Shown here in pieces: positions 27,101 through 39,513 of a stretch of 64,000 bases of DNA. Numbering within the stretch: the first letter of the stretch is position 1; every line of letters starts with the position of its first letter. The notes under the pieces are model-generated. The model saw only the letters and a program-made list of their open reading frames with translations, had not been told where the DNA came from and did no database searches. This DNA is from Ruditapes philippinarum (Eukaryota), in NCBI RefSeq assembly GCF_026571515.1, contig NW_026856818.1, positions 62,001 to 126,000 of the forward strand, in the 5' to 3' direction. Position numbers and translations under genes: made by a program.

Positions 27101-30100
27101 CGTGAAATATTTATATAGGCACTGTCGATCCGAAATTTTGAATAATTTCAATTTAAAAACGAGGTATTTTACAATGCTTCATTAAATTGTTAACAGATAT
27201 TATAAATTTGTGCTGATTTTTATAAACGGTTGTTTGCTACTAACTCTTGTTATATAAACTTACAACTGTTCATATTGGACCATATTACCTATTAAAAATC
27301 TTCTAATCTTTTACAACCTGTTCTTTTTTCTTTCAAGAATTCTAGATTGTGGACGGGTGAAGATTGCCACCTTAACAGGTATTTTTTGTTAACTCGATCT
27401 TAAAACACTCAAAAAAGTGTGGTTCTCTATACGATACGGCAATAACATTTTTTTAAATTAGTGAATATAAGATATGTGATCTGTTTTAAAACGTCTAGTT
27501 TATCTATAATTATATATAATTATAATTTGGCGGATTATACTCTTTGTATGTTTTGTGGCGTTTTCTGCGTTGATGGTACAATGCAATTACCTGACCTTGA
27601 ACAAAAAATGAAAAAAACTTTTGAATCTACTTGTCTTTAATTAGATTATGGCAGGTGTTTAAGCGCATGATTTCTTTTTTATATGTATATTTTATGGTTT
27701 CAATTTGTATATTACATAGTATCACTATGTTTATTTCAGGGGTAAACTTATAAATCCACTTAGGCACCAGAAAGGTAAGTTTACTTCATACGTATCATGT
27801 GTATGTTTCCCTGGCTGAAATCTATCCTATACGCTATTTTCGCTTAAAGGAACTCAATTGAAGTTTTTTGAGATGACTGGACTGAACAAAATCGAGATTT
27901 TTATACCATTTGGTGAAGGTCTAGACCAATAGATTGTGTATATGCCGTATATGGCCGTATACAAACATACGGCCTTAAAAAACGTGCTTAATCTCGGTGT
28001 TTTCTGGCTTAAGTTCAATGTATGGTATCATACAATGATCTACAAATGTTGTCAAATGTGCTAGATGGTCGCTTTAAATAATTATGTTTATATGTGTACA
28101 TTTGTTATTGTTTTATATAACTCTATATTATTGCACGTTTGTAACGTCTCTTCATTGTATAATACTGCACGTTTGTAACGTCGTTTTTCATTGGATAATC
28201 GTGGCGTTTATATAGTTTTATATACACTGCTGCTGTAGATTTATAAAGAAATCTCGCTTTATTCACCTAAAAATGATGCTTGTAGTATTACAAATTCGTT
28301 TTAAATATTTCTGACAGGTTATATGGCCGTATATAAACGGTTGTTTGCACTATAACCCTCGCCTAACGGCTCTGGTTATATTTACAAACAACCGCTTAAA
28401 TACAGGGTCATATAACCTGTCAAAAATCTTTATAACTAATAATATACATGGCTGTTGTCAATTTATAAAGAAATCTCACTTTTTTCTTTAATAAAATGAA
28501 GTTTGTAGTATTATAATATCGATGTAAATATTCCTGACAAGTTTTATATAATTGCCTTGCTGTTCGGGTTATATGGCAGTATATAAACGGTTATTTGCAA
28601 TAAAACCCTCGTCTAGTGGATTATATTTCCATCCAAACAGCGGTTTGTGTAAGACCATATACCCTGTAAAAATCTTTATTACTTAATTAAGATAAAGTGA
28701 TTTTTAATTAATTGAAATATTTTTAAATATACTGATCTGAAGTGTCAATGTTTCTTATTATACATTTATATCTACTATTTTATTTCATATATTGCCAGTA
28801 TACAAGTAAATATTGACATTATTTTCAAATATTTCATTCACAGAGCCTTCATTTTATTTGAGCGGGAATTTTCATTCCCGGTGTTCAACCTCCGAGGAAA
28901 CTATCCGTCCATGTTTCACTACAGGATTGACAAAGTTTGACTTTAGTAACAGACCTCAATCTGATAAAATTGGTAAGCCTTTGTTAATATGTTATTTTGT
29001 CTTAGTAAGTAATTACACAATTCTGTAGACTTCTATAGTTTCATTTTAAGAAGAAAGTATTGAAGTCCACTGCATTGTGCATAACTCTAAATGACGTCAT
29101 CATTTTAATGATAATTTGTTCTGAATTTATCGAGTGAAATTGTATTTCTATAAACACGATATATAAAAACAACCCAAAACGAATATAACAAGAGCTGTCG
29201 GTAGGACAGCAACGCTCGACTATTCTTAGTGCTTGATAGTAAAAAAATGCTTGATACAGTTACCTCCTCCTGTTTACAGGTTGGGGTAATGATGGTGAAC
29301 AAGTGTGCAAAGTTTCAAAACCATATGTCAATGGACTTTGAAAATATTTGAACTATTACAAAAACTTTAACGTAAATTCTAAGTCGAAAAAGGGGCTTAA
29401 TTCTGTCAAAATGCTTGATGGAGTTACCTCCTACTGTTTACAGATTGGGGTCATGATGTTGAACAAGTGTGCAAAGTTTCAAAGCCATATGTCAATGGAC
29501 TTTGAAAATATTTGAACTATTACAAAAACTTTAACGTAAATTCTAAGTCGAAAAAGGGGCATAATTCTGTCAAAATGCTTGATAGAGTTACCTCCTCCTG
29601 TCTACAGGTTGGGGTCATGATGGTGAACAAGTGTGCAAAGTTTCAAAGCCATATGTCAATGGACTTTGAAAATATTTGAACTATTACAAAAACTTTAACG
29701 TAAATTCTAAGTCGAAAAAGGGGCATAATTCTGTCAAAATGCTTGATAGAGTTACCTCCTCCTGTCTACAGGTTGGGGTCATGATGGTGAACAAGTGTGC
29801 AAAGTTTCAAAGCCATATGTCAATGGACTTTGAAAATATTTGAACTATTACAAAAACTTTAACGTAAATTCTAAGTCGAAAAAGGGGCATAATTCTGTCA
29901 AAATGCTTGATAGAGTTACCTCCTCCTGTCTACAGGTTGGGGTCATGATGGTGAACAAGTGTGCAAAGTTTCAAAGCCATATGTCAATGGACTTTGAAAA
30001 TATTTGAACTATTACAAAAACTTTAACGTAAATTCTAAGTCGAAAAAGGGGCATAATTCTGTCAAAATGCTTGATAGAGTTACCTCCTCCTGTCTACAGG

Positions 30101-33100
30101 TTGGGGTCATGATGGTGAACAAGTGTGCAAAGTTTCAAAGCCATATGTCAATGGACTTTGAAAATATTTGAACTATTACAAAAACTTTAACATAAGTGGT
30201 TACGCCGACGACGACGCGGACGCCGACGCCGACGCTCGGGTGACTGCAATAGCTCTACTTATTCTTATCGAATAGTCGAGCTAAAAATTAGCTGTTTATA
30301 TGTATCAGACTACACACAAGCACATCATCGCATAGCTTTACCTAAAGAAAAAAAGAATATATTTGAATCTATTTAGCAGCCACAATGACTGCATCCTTTG
30401 GCTGTCTGTTTTAGACAGGTTCGACTGTTTACACTGTTGTCAAGCGTTCACCGGAAATAGCTCCGCCCCTTGATTTAGTGGTAAAATAATCAACATCGTT
30501 CGAAAATGTCAACAAATACGCTACAATTAATCGCCAATTTAACAAAAATTATTCAATTTGCAGAAAAAGAAAATGCTTCTCTTACACCAGATGCATTCAG
30601 CTTCGAAAAATTTGCTTAATTTAGAAAAATCGATTATCACAGGGAAATAAGTTGAAACATTACCTCGAGTGAACTCGATGTACACCTTTTTAATTTTGTT
30701 TTCGAAGTTTTGAGGTGCTATTTCCGGTGAACGCTGTACAACAGTGGTTTATTGAATTATTGCATTGTGTTATTGAGTGAAGTTTTATCTTTTATTATAA
30801 TATTCATATTTAAGAGAATATAATTATTATGAATTATTATGTTATTATTAATTATCTACAATTTATTACATTACTTATTTTTTTGACATTTGTTTTATTT
30901 TTTCAGGTGACAGACTGTATGAAGGTAAAGTTTTTTGTTTAGAAAATATATTTTTTCAATGATACACATGTAGCATTTTTGTAACCTTTATCAGCGTACA
31001 TGTATGTCAAAGGTCATTATTTAAAATTTGATCAGAAGTTAAACTTAAATTATCATTGAAGTCCTACTATATACGTTTTATCTAAAATTATCGCGGATAT
31101 ATCACATTGTGGCACCGTTATATGTCGTACCATTGCCGCTAACTGTTGCTCTTGTTGTTGTGTGTTTTGTTGTTGTTGATATGCATGTGTTTTGTTGTTG
31201 TAGTGTTGATGTTGTGATGCGTGTGTTGTTATTGTGGTGGTATGTGGTTTTGTGGTGGTATGTGGTGGCGTTGTTGTAGTTGTTGTTTTGTGTGTTGTTG
31301 TTGTTGATGTTGTGGTGGTGTTGTTACTGTAGAGTGTGTTGTTGTTGTTGTTATGATGTGTGGTGTTGTTATGATGTGTGGAGTTGTTGTTGTGGTGATG
31401 TGCGTTGTTGTGTTGTTGTTGTTGTGGGTGTTGTTGTTGTTGAGTTTGGTGTTGTTGATGTGTGGTGTTGTTATTCTGATGTGTGTTGTTGTGGTGGTGA
31501 TGTGGTATTATTTTTGTTGTTGTTGTGGTGGTGTTGTTGTTGTGGTTTGTGGTGTTGTTGTTGGGATGGTGTGGGATGGTGTTTTTGTTATTGTGTGTGG
31601 TGGTGGTTATGTTGAGGTGTTGGTGGTGTGGTGTTGTGGAATTGGTGTATGTGGTGTTGTTGTTGTGTGGTAGTGGTGTGTGTGGTGGTGTTGTGTGTGT
31701 GGTGTTGTTGTTTAGTAAATAAAAATGAATAGATTTGTACCAGACTTAAAAATTTACTGAAAACGTTGTATTTATTGTTAAAGATTTCGACCATGCGACC
31801 ATATACATGCATCGAGGATATATTGTATGGAAGTGACCGTGCGACCATATACACGCATCACAGGATTCCCCTTCTCATACGAGAAAGGGGCAAACAGATA
31901 TCCGGCCTTTAATTAAAGCCAGAATTTAAAAATATGCCATTTCCTTATTGATAAGGGGGCTAATTTTCACGGTAATGTCTTAACTGGTTTATGTACAACA
32001 TCATTAATGCAAAATAAGCGGGAATTCAGTTTTCGTCCTTTTATGTTCGCTTTGAAATTTAAAAAAGAGAATATATAATTTCTTGGAAAATTTTATGTTT
32101 AGAGTTGATTCTACTTTTCATTTTGTGTGTACAAGAGAAAAATTGCATTTTTGCAGAACATGCAGGTTTCATAAATGCATAAAATAAGGGAGATAAATTT
32201 TCACACATTTGTAAATATTAACCTGGGGCATTTTTACCGAAGTACGTTTATTTTCTATATTCGACATGTCAAGAAAAGGTAATATGATGGGCTGCAAGAA
32301 AAAAATATATAAAATTTGTGCAGCCGACAATTGATCACACTTAACCTGCTGAATTTGTAAAATGCACTTTTCAAGCTGTAATTTTTTAGAACTGTCATAT
32401 CAAGAGTTAGTCAGCTATAAGTACAAAGCCGATGTATTACTTATACTGATAAATTCATTTCGGTTCACCCAGTGTAAAGTGCACAGTGTTTTAGTAGTTG
32501 TCATATTCAAACAATTGCTTTTGACTGGTTTGTTTGTTTGTTTGTTTGTTTGTGTGTTTGTTTGTTTCACTTTACGCCTTTTCAGTCAACAGTATTTCAG
32601 TCATATAGGCGAGTAGTTTCCTAACCATCGTTCCTGGAAAGCAACTACCTTCCTTCGTGCTAAACTAAGCTCATTTGAATTATAAACACATTCTTATAAA
32701 AAAAAGCAAATTCTGCCATACAATTTTCAATCTGCATCTATGTCTATGTAACTGTTGCAAACATCTTTAAAACTTTCATTTGTTATATTTTTTCAAGATG
32801 GAAAATAGGTGCATCGAAGAAATAATTTGAGCCGCGTCACGACAAAACCAACATAGTGGGTTTGCATCCTCGCAGTCTGATCAGGATACATGCTGTTCGC
32901 TATCAGTTTCTCTTCTTGTTATAGGGTTTGTAAGAAAACAGCATGGGTCCTAATCAGACTGCACGGATGCGCAGCCTGGTCTGGATCCATGCTGGTCGCA
33001 AACCCATTAAGTTGGTTTTGTCGTGACGCGGCTCATTTTAATTTTAAAATTAAACGAAATTTATCAATTCAGTGTCATTTTTAATATTAAGAATAACCCT

Positions 33101-33632
33101 AGGTCAGTGAGTGACAAATATCCAGCACATAACGTTTATATTGCCATTATACCATTATCATGAATTTAGATATTGCGACATTTAACGGTAGTGGAGTGAC
33201 ATTGGCATAGCGATCATAGCGATATTTAACAGAAACATATTTTGAGCGGCGGTTGCGACATTTAGCGGCAATGGTGCGACTATGAGCGTCGTTGCAACGT
33301 ACATGTGTATATAAACTCATACCAAGACTTTTTTATTCTGTTTCATTCGTTTTTTCTTTCTTGCAGCAAAAATATCAGTAAATCCAAACCGTCATCGATC
33401 TTGTCAGTGTACACTTCCACCTATACCAAGACCTCTCAATTTTTCTCCACTGACACACCAAGAGAGATCAAATAGGTACGTTTTCGCTTGGGAGCGTCTC
33501 TACGCCGAACCACAGATTCGTCCCGTTTCCTCTGTGAGGCCGTACTCATCTATTTCCGGAAAGAAAGTCGGTCTTCACGTTAAGGTACCGAATGCTTTTG
33601 CTGCACCATTTAAGAAAGAGACCGCATTGTGA
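24101..33632 (+). CDS. Uncharacterised ~772-aa low-complexity protein. Exons 24101-24173, 24644-26400, 27338-27378, 27740-27774, 28844-28972, 30907-30924, 33367-33632
   Basis: All six introns are GT-AG with matching phases (1,0,2,1,1,1), giving 2319 nt open to TGA. The large exon is S/T/N/D/E-rich with basic clusters (KKHKKKKKH, KRKRRNK). No family recognised. Confidence 0.75.
25264..25773 (+). repeat. Coding tandem repeat, 93 nt / 31 aa, about 5.5 copies
   Basis: ttacccgacaaagc..aacaatgctggggacacaacc at 25288 and 25381; consensus approximately LPKSD.T.LPD.AENN.GDTTI....SD.T. Confidence 0.85.
26561..26796. mobile_element. Palindromic MITE (TGAGCCGCG...CGCGGCTCA family)
   Basis: Nearly the whole element is self-complementary; copies at 32828, 45875 and 48617. 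Confidence 0.9.
28313..28682. repeat. Two tandem copies of a hairpin element (tgacaggttatatgg...catataacctgtca)
   Basis: Hairpin at 28313-28425 and a degenerate second copy at ~28533-28682. Fragments at ~7360-7400, ~19865-19925 and ~27190-27320. Confidence 0.65.
29187..30287. mobile_element. Helentron-associated (HINE/pearl-like) element carrying a 164-bp tandem array (about 5.8 units)
   Basis: Begins aacaagagctgtc..gacagc (short palindrome); inverted pair gctcgactattc / gaatagtcgagc; gacgcc microsatellite near the right end. ttctgtcaaaatgcttgat recurs at 29401, 29565, 29729, 29893 and 30057. Confidence 0.85.
31150..31712. repeat. TG/TGT/GGT-rich low-complexity tract
   Basis: Direct reading; it produces the spurious Cys/Val ORFs. 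Confidence 0.9.
32828..33035. mobile_element. Palindromic MITE copy (internal deletion in left arm)
   Basis: Homologous to 26561-26796. Confidence 0.88.
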
Positions 33633-34546
33633 AGAATCCGACCATTCATTCTAAAGGTACAATTATCAATCACCAGTGTCTACAGTCGAAAAACGAATTC
33701 TGATGTCTATGACAACAGTTGTACAGTGTGGTTTCGCTAGTATGGTGCAAAACCGAGGAAATAATTTTTCGGCAGATGCAGCAACCGATGAGATAATAAT
33801 GATGACTTTTGATGTATTTTTTCATCACATATATGCCTGAAAGACAGAATTTAACACAAAAAAACATTACTTAATTGCATACTGTACTAAAGGTCATAGT
33901 CAAACCTTGATTTTAGCTTTAACATTTCTAAGGACAGTTTAGGAAATAAGTATTTCAAGTGACTCACTTGACAAATGCATAGAAAAGTGTGTGTTCTTTA
34001 ATTTTATGACTTTATTCCTTGTATGCCCTTTCAACACATCTGTGTCTATACTCCGCCAGTGCACATGTACTTGTGTATTTGTCAAGACAAAGATAGGGAG
34101 ATTTGATAGAAAATATTTTTCCGTAACATTAAATAACAACTTTAACTATTTATTGCTTAATTGTATAATTTTAATAGTATTCTTCTTACAAACACCACAT
34201 ATTTAAAGAAATATATGTGTTAAGCGAGTCGTGTATATTATCAATGATAGAAGTCTACAGTGCCCCTACCCCCGCCCTCTCGCTCCGCCCGGCCTCCTTC
34301 AGAGCAACAACCTTCTGTTTAGTCTTAATTCATCCCAAAGTAAATACACAAATATTAACCTCTCTTTGAACAACAACGCTCACAAACTGTTTTTGTCTCC
34401 AAAAGGTACTTCTGCACAGATTTAACTGTACTTATCTGAAAACTTTTAAGTCCTCTGTTCATATTCCTATTATAACCAATGGAAAATATTAAAAGAAAGT
34501 CCATTATTTTATTCTTTGTTTTTTTCTTATTTAATGATTTATAATG

Positions 34547-34549
34547 TAT

Positions 34550-34596
<47 letters not shown>

Positions 34597-34632
34597 TTTT
34601 ATTTTATTTTATTTTATTTTATTTTATTTATT
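34547..34632. repeat. (ATTT)n/(ATTTT)n microsatellite
   Basis: Direct reading. Confidence 0.9.
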
Positions 34633-34950
34633 TCTTACATTTTTTTATTTATTTTTGTTTACTTTTATTATTTTTTTTCACTTGAGCTATGTTTCAAGCG
34701 TTGTTTATATTATATGTATAACTACATTTAAATATGTATTATTAACCCTCTTATATGTATCCGGCCTCTTGTTTATTGAGATATGAAACTAAGTGTATAA
34801 ACTAGGACAAATTCCTATTCGGGTTGTAACATCTTGCTTTGTTTTATCGTTAAACAAATAACAAAATGTAATCTCTCACCTCATAAACAGTGACCACTTA
34901 AGTGCGTCTGCACTCGAGAAAAAACATTTCTTATTTAAAAGGAGAGAAAT

Positions 34951-36114
34951 ATGGATATTAAAGCAGTTGCTTGTTATATTGTCACTGCCGTTACCTTTGA
35001 AATTGTTTCTGCGAGCTTGTACGACCCACATTTGTTTCCAGGTCATGATAAAGGACCTTTTTTCGAAGGGTGGTACATGCGGGTAACCGATCAGTTCTCA
35101 CGTGACAGTTTTGGATTGCTATTCGGAAGTGTTTTGCCATCTTCTTCGAGGAATGTTTCCGGTCCTTTGGTGGTCGCTTCTATCTTGCTTCGACGTTGTG
35201 ACGTAACGAGTGATACATGTAAGTTAATATCAATAGATGGAAAGTTTACAACAAATGATTTAGATATTACAGTAAATGGACAAGACGTTACGACTGATCC
35301 CGACAAAGGGTCGCCACCTAACTTTAAATGGCAGGTTAACAACGGAACGCATGGCGGATTTTTCGAACAAAATGGCGGGAAAACAACTTTTAATTTCAGA
35401 CTAGGAGATTTAACATTAAGAGGTGAGGCAAAAGATCCGTGTTACTGGAATGCAGCGGGAACTGGTCCGGAAGGATGGCTGATAAACTTTCCACTTCCGC
35501 TACATTGGTTCGTGTATAGTTTGAGATCAGAGCTTACTTCCTATGAGATTCAGAATATAACCAGTGGCACCGTGACTAAAGGAAACACAGGCGCCGTTCA
35601 TTTGGAGAAAAATTGGGGGAAATCATTTCCTTCAGAATGGATTTGGTCAGAGGGCATTTCATTTGACAAAGACAACGCAACATTTGCCTTGTCTGGTGGA
35701 TTAGTTGACTTCTCATTTATTTCCGTAAACGCTTATTTGATTGGTTACCGCAACCAGGCGCAAAACTTGTCCCTAGACTTCAGACCAGACAACAGTATAA
35801 TCAACGCACGAATTAACGGATGTTTGGGATATGTGAACATGTCTGTCAACAGTTTAATGTATAAAATGGAGATCAACTTGGCAGCGCCAGTCTCAACGCT
35901 CAGTTCATGTCTGTTAGGACCGGAAACACGTGGCTTCGTTCGCGCATGCGTTGAGAGTTATGATGCCGAAGCAACAATTACAGTGTCTAAGAGGAGTTTT
36001 CTCCCTTTTCAATACAACATAGTGGAACAGAAAACGTTTAAAAATATTGCTCTAGAATTTGGAGGCCATAATGTGTGCAACGATACATGCTCTACAACCG
36101 TATCTTCCAGGTGA
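34951..36114 (+). CDS. Tocopherol cyclase (VTE1)-like protein with signal peptide, single coding exon, 387 aa
   Basis: Family motifs PFFEGWYMRV, GPEGWL..PLPLHWFV and HLEKNWGKSFPSEWIW. Hydrophobic N-terminus ending VSA-S; AATAAA at ~36219 and ~36293. Confidence 0.85.
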   Translation: MDIKAVACYIVTAVTFEIVSASLYDPHLFPGHDKGPFFEGWYMRVTDQFSRDSFGLLFGSVLPSSSRNVSGPLVVASILLRRCDVTSDTCKLISIDGKFTTNDLDITVNGQDVTTDPDKGSPPNFKWQVNNGTHGGFFEQNGGKTTFNFRLGDLTLRGEAKDPCYWNAAGTGPEGWLINFPLPLHWFVYSLRSELTSYEIQNITSGTVTKGNTGAVHLEKNWGKSFPSEWIWSEGISFDKDNATFALSGGLVDFSFISVNAYLIGYRNQAQNLSLDFRPDNSIINARINGCLGYVNMSVNSLMYKMEINLAAPVSTLSSCLLGPETRGFVRACVESYDAEATITVSKRSFLPFQYNIVEQKTFKNIALEFGGHNVCNDTCSTTVSSR

Positions 36115-36404
36115 TAGTTTTACGACGGAAATTACAAATATATATTTTTTTTTTTTTGAAAACTTCCGGTTCCGGTGCGTAAAGTGGTGACGGATATTAC
36201 GGATATATGAGTGTATTTAATAAACAATTATTTTCAATAGATTTGTATGAGGAAGTAAGAATAGTCGTTTTCTAATAATGCCTTTTCAAACTAATAAACA
36301 AAAAGAGAGGTTATCATTATTGAAATCTGATACTATCTATCTATCTATCATCATCATCATCATTTTAAGTCAGGTCGGCATTAAAAAGCTTTGAAGAGAG
36401 TTCT

Positions 36405-36562
36405 CAGCTTTATTGGTAGAGGAAGACCCCAAGTACCCATTTGAGCATTATTTTACGCACGAGCGGGCACCCGAGTAGAACACCAACCTGCCGTGAGCTT
36501 GTTGGATAGCTTCCTCACACAAAAGAACCTAAAGTTCCTGACAGGGATTCAAATCCACACTA
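36405..36562 (-). mobile_element. SINE fragment (Meta/RUDI-like body, same family as 41562-41901)
   Basis: cagctttattggtagaggaagacccc..cacgagcgggcacccgagtagaacacc..ggatagcttcctcaca is the reverse complement of that SINE's body. Confidence 0.75.
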
Positions 36563-37546
36563 CAATATTGTAAAACAGGTCGTGGTTAATCATTTATTAA
36601 TTTACAAACAAGAAAGCAGACAATCATTGTTTCTCATTTTATGTAATATAACATACTACAAAAGAAATAAGTTTATCAATATACCATTTAACTGCAAGAA
36701 GAACAAGTTAAATGTGTCTCTTGAAGTAATAAATAAGGTGAAATACAGCCTCGTGTTGCAATTCTTAATGTATACTGTTGGAAGTTGCGACGGCTTTGAT
36801 TGAACCTGAGGAAAACCACTAAACTTCTGTGACCTTCCTGAATCATAAGCCCATTGTCATGAACGAATGAACGATTGTTTCTTGATTTGACTCCACAACA
36901 GTGAGGAGCGAATGATTTGATAACTAGGACCTTATCCATTAAGGCATTGGACATGCATTATAAACGGCATAGCATTTTCAAATTAATGTTTCATTTCTTG
37001 AAGCGTTTTACATTTGTGAAGCACACTAGCTAAGCATAGTCAGTAGTGCATTTAATTTCTTTTTAATGTTTGTTGTTGTTGTTGTTTAAGCGAGGCTCAT
37101 ATTTTTTCGAGATAAAAAAGACTGATAGTTATATGCTTAACTGATATGTGAGTTATATCAGTTTTTATGTTTGTTTGTTTTTTTGTTTTTTTTTTGTTAG
37201 TGTGTTTTTATAAAAAAATAATTGTACTGGTGCATTACGAGAACGGCAGTAATTCGTTGAAATACTGTTGAACTGAAGATATTTGCATCAACAAAAAAAA
37301 ACCTTCTACGTAAATTATAACATGTTTCGACGAGGCTGTTGAAAAAAACAGACATCTCGTTCAAACAGCATCAAACCTTGGTCCTAAGGGCAGTTTTACA
37401 GCACATTCTTTGGATGACAGTTTATTCAAAATACTTAAAGTAATAATGGTTGAAGAAGATATTGATCGTATTAAGATACTCTTGGATGAAATTCAAACGG
37501 TAACAACACATGTGTGGGATGTGGGAATAAATGAATCAGAAAGCAG

Positions 37547-37680
37547 CCGTCCTGTTTGCTCATTGGTAGAGAGTTGGACTGTGAATCAGGCGACCAGAGC
37601 TCGATTCCCAGACGGTGCAGGTCACTTTCGTTGTGATTGATCATGAGATCTTTTCTATGGTCATTCGCACTGTACCTCTG
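37547..37680 (+). mobile_element. Degenerate tRNA-headed SINE
   Basis: tttgctcattggtagag..gactgtgaatc..gctcgattccc head, then gattgatcatgagatcttttctatggtcatt body. Confidence 0.5.
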
Positions 37681-38624
37681 CTTTGGCATGTACAGAAGTT
37701 TTAGTTTTTTGTGAAAGTGAAGGCGCACTGGTAAACTGCTTAAAACCCTGCCCAGAAACAGTACGGTGGCTGAACTGTGCTCTGGTAAATTCAATGTGGC
37801 TCCCTGTCGTGATCCGGACTGCCTGTCGTGATCCGGACTGAAAAATATCAACACTTCCACCTGAATCGGAAAGCATTAATCATAAAAAAAAACTGGAAAA
37901 TCTAGTGTATATACATATATTCATATTAAACGGTGAATACTGACGTTCAAACCGAGTAACATTCATTTTAATGTAACTATGAAATTTGCTTATTCACATA
38001 TATCTAAATTTTAACGTTCAAGACGGTTTAAAAATCAAATTTTGTACGTGATCGATATGACAAAGTCATAGTAGGTATACCTCGGGCAATATGAAACATT
38101 CATAAAGATAAACACTCACATAGGCAAGGAAACGCGTAAAATAATAAATTTTTAATTAACCATACAAAATTCATTAAAACTAATAAATACAAACTGACTC
38201 ATTTAAAACCACATTATTTTGAATGAAATTATGGCCGATTCTTATGACTATTTATTTTGTGTGATTTCCATGAGATAAGAGTTTTGGGTCAGACAAAATC
38301 GTATTTAAAGGAACTCCCGAGTTCGGTCGAGTTAGTCTTTCCAACAAAGGTTTGTTTAGAAGGATTCGTCTGCAGCCAGTATATCAAGGTAAATAAATAT
38401 TCTTTAACCTTCTTCATAGTTCTATCTTAAATTCTTAAGTAAGTGCAGTATTTGTTATGGCTTTGGAATCATTTTAAAATTGTTTTCTATTTTGACAAAT
38501 CATTTTTGTATGTTTTTTTTTTTTTGTGGGGGGGGGTTGTTGTTTTTTTGTTTTTGTTTTTGTTTTTTTTTTTGGTTTATACAAATTTATTTTAGTTTGA
38601 TTGTGTTGGAAGCTATTAGCTTAT

Positions 38625-38750
38625 TTAATCACTCTCGAATCCGTTCCTGGAACCAACCAGTACAAAGCAGTGAAAGTAAAGTTTCTTGCTCAAGGAAACA
38701 ACGGCTTGCCCCTGACAGGGTTTGAACCCACTCGGTCAGCAATCCTTAGA
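38625..38750 (-). mobile_element. CORE-SINE-like fragment
   Basis: tcgaatccgttcctggaaccaaccagtac..aaagtttcttgctcaaggaaacaac..gggtttgaaccc is the reverse complement of the 58832 family. Confidence 0.7.
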
Positions 38751-39513
38751 TTTTTTTTTGTTGTTTAGGGCTTTATTTTCTGTTGTTGTTGTTGTTGTTT
38801 TTTTGTTGTTGTTGTTGTTTTTTTTTTTTGTTTTTTTGGGGGGGGGGGAGTTGGGGGTGTCAATGTTATGTTCCTGTAACTGTACGTTTCCCAGTATAAT
38901 CAATTATAATATGATAGATAATTAATAAAACCTGTTTTAGACTACAGTCTTGACTAGATTATAGTAGTATGTCTGTTTCGCTTATGTCATATGACCACCA
39001 GACTAAATGTCCGGGATCAACTGACACGTATAAATATTCCCCTTGCCCGCGGATCGAACCAACGACCTCAAAAGTCCGAGGATATAAAGACATTATTTAC
39101 GATCAAACTCAGATCTCGGGTATTCGATAGGTCAGAAACCGTCACAAAGTGATCACTGACCAATGAAAATCCTAAGATCCGAGACACGATTTCGACTGAA
39201 TAACTAGCACAATTTGAGTCAATTTGCTTAAAATTTTAAAAATCCAATATTTAATGAATATAAATAGAATTAAAAAATATTTAATGTTGTTTTGTCAGAA
39301 ACTTATCATCTCTGGAATAAAGATTTGTCCGCTAATCCAGTCTTTGTGGTTATAAAACTTTTTTTTTTTCTTGAGTAGTGTCTTCACCTTGCATTAGGGT
39401 GATTAATATAATAAAAAAATATTTTTTCAGGATGACTGTATAAAATATTATATGTCCTATAGCAATTTTTAAATCGTTTATTTCAGGTTTAAGGTCAAGA
39501 GTATATTTGAAAG

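Larger units (their letters stand above)
31107..33303 (+). mobile_element. Composite intronic element: TIR-like ends enclosing a TG-rich tract, repeat copy 2, a SINE fragment and a MITE
   Basis: Left end tgtggcaccgttatatgtcgtaccattgccgctaa is inverse to ttagcggcaatggtgcgac near 33262-33280; the body is homologous to 10900-12076. Confidence 0.6.

Noticed and set aside
31280-31854. Cys/Val-rich ORFs resembling metallothionein or keratin-associated proteins
   Set aside because: Translations of an intronic TG-rich simple repeat, open in several frames.
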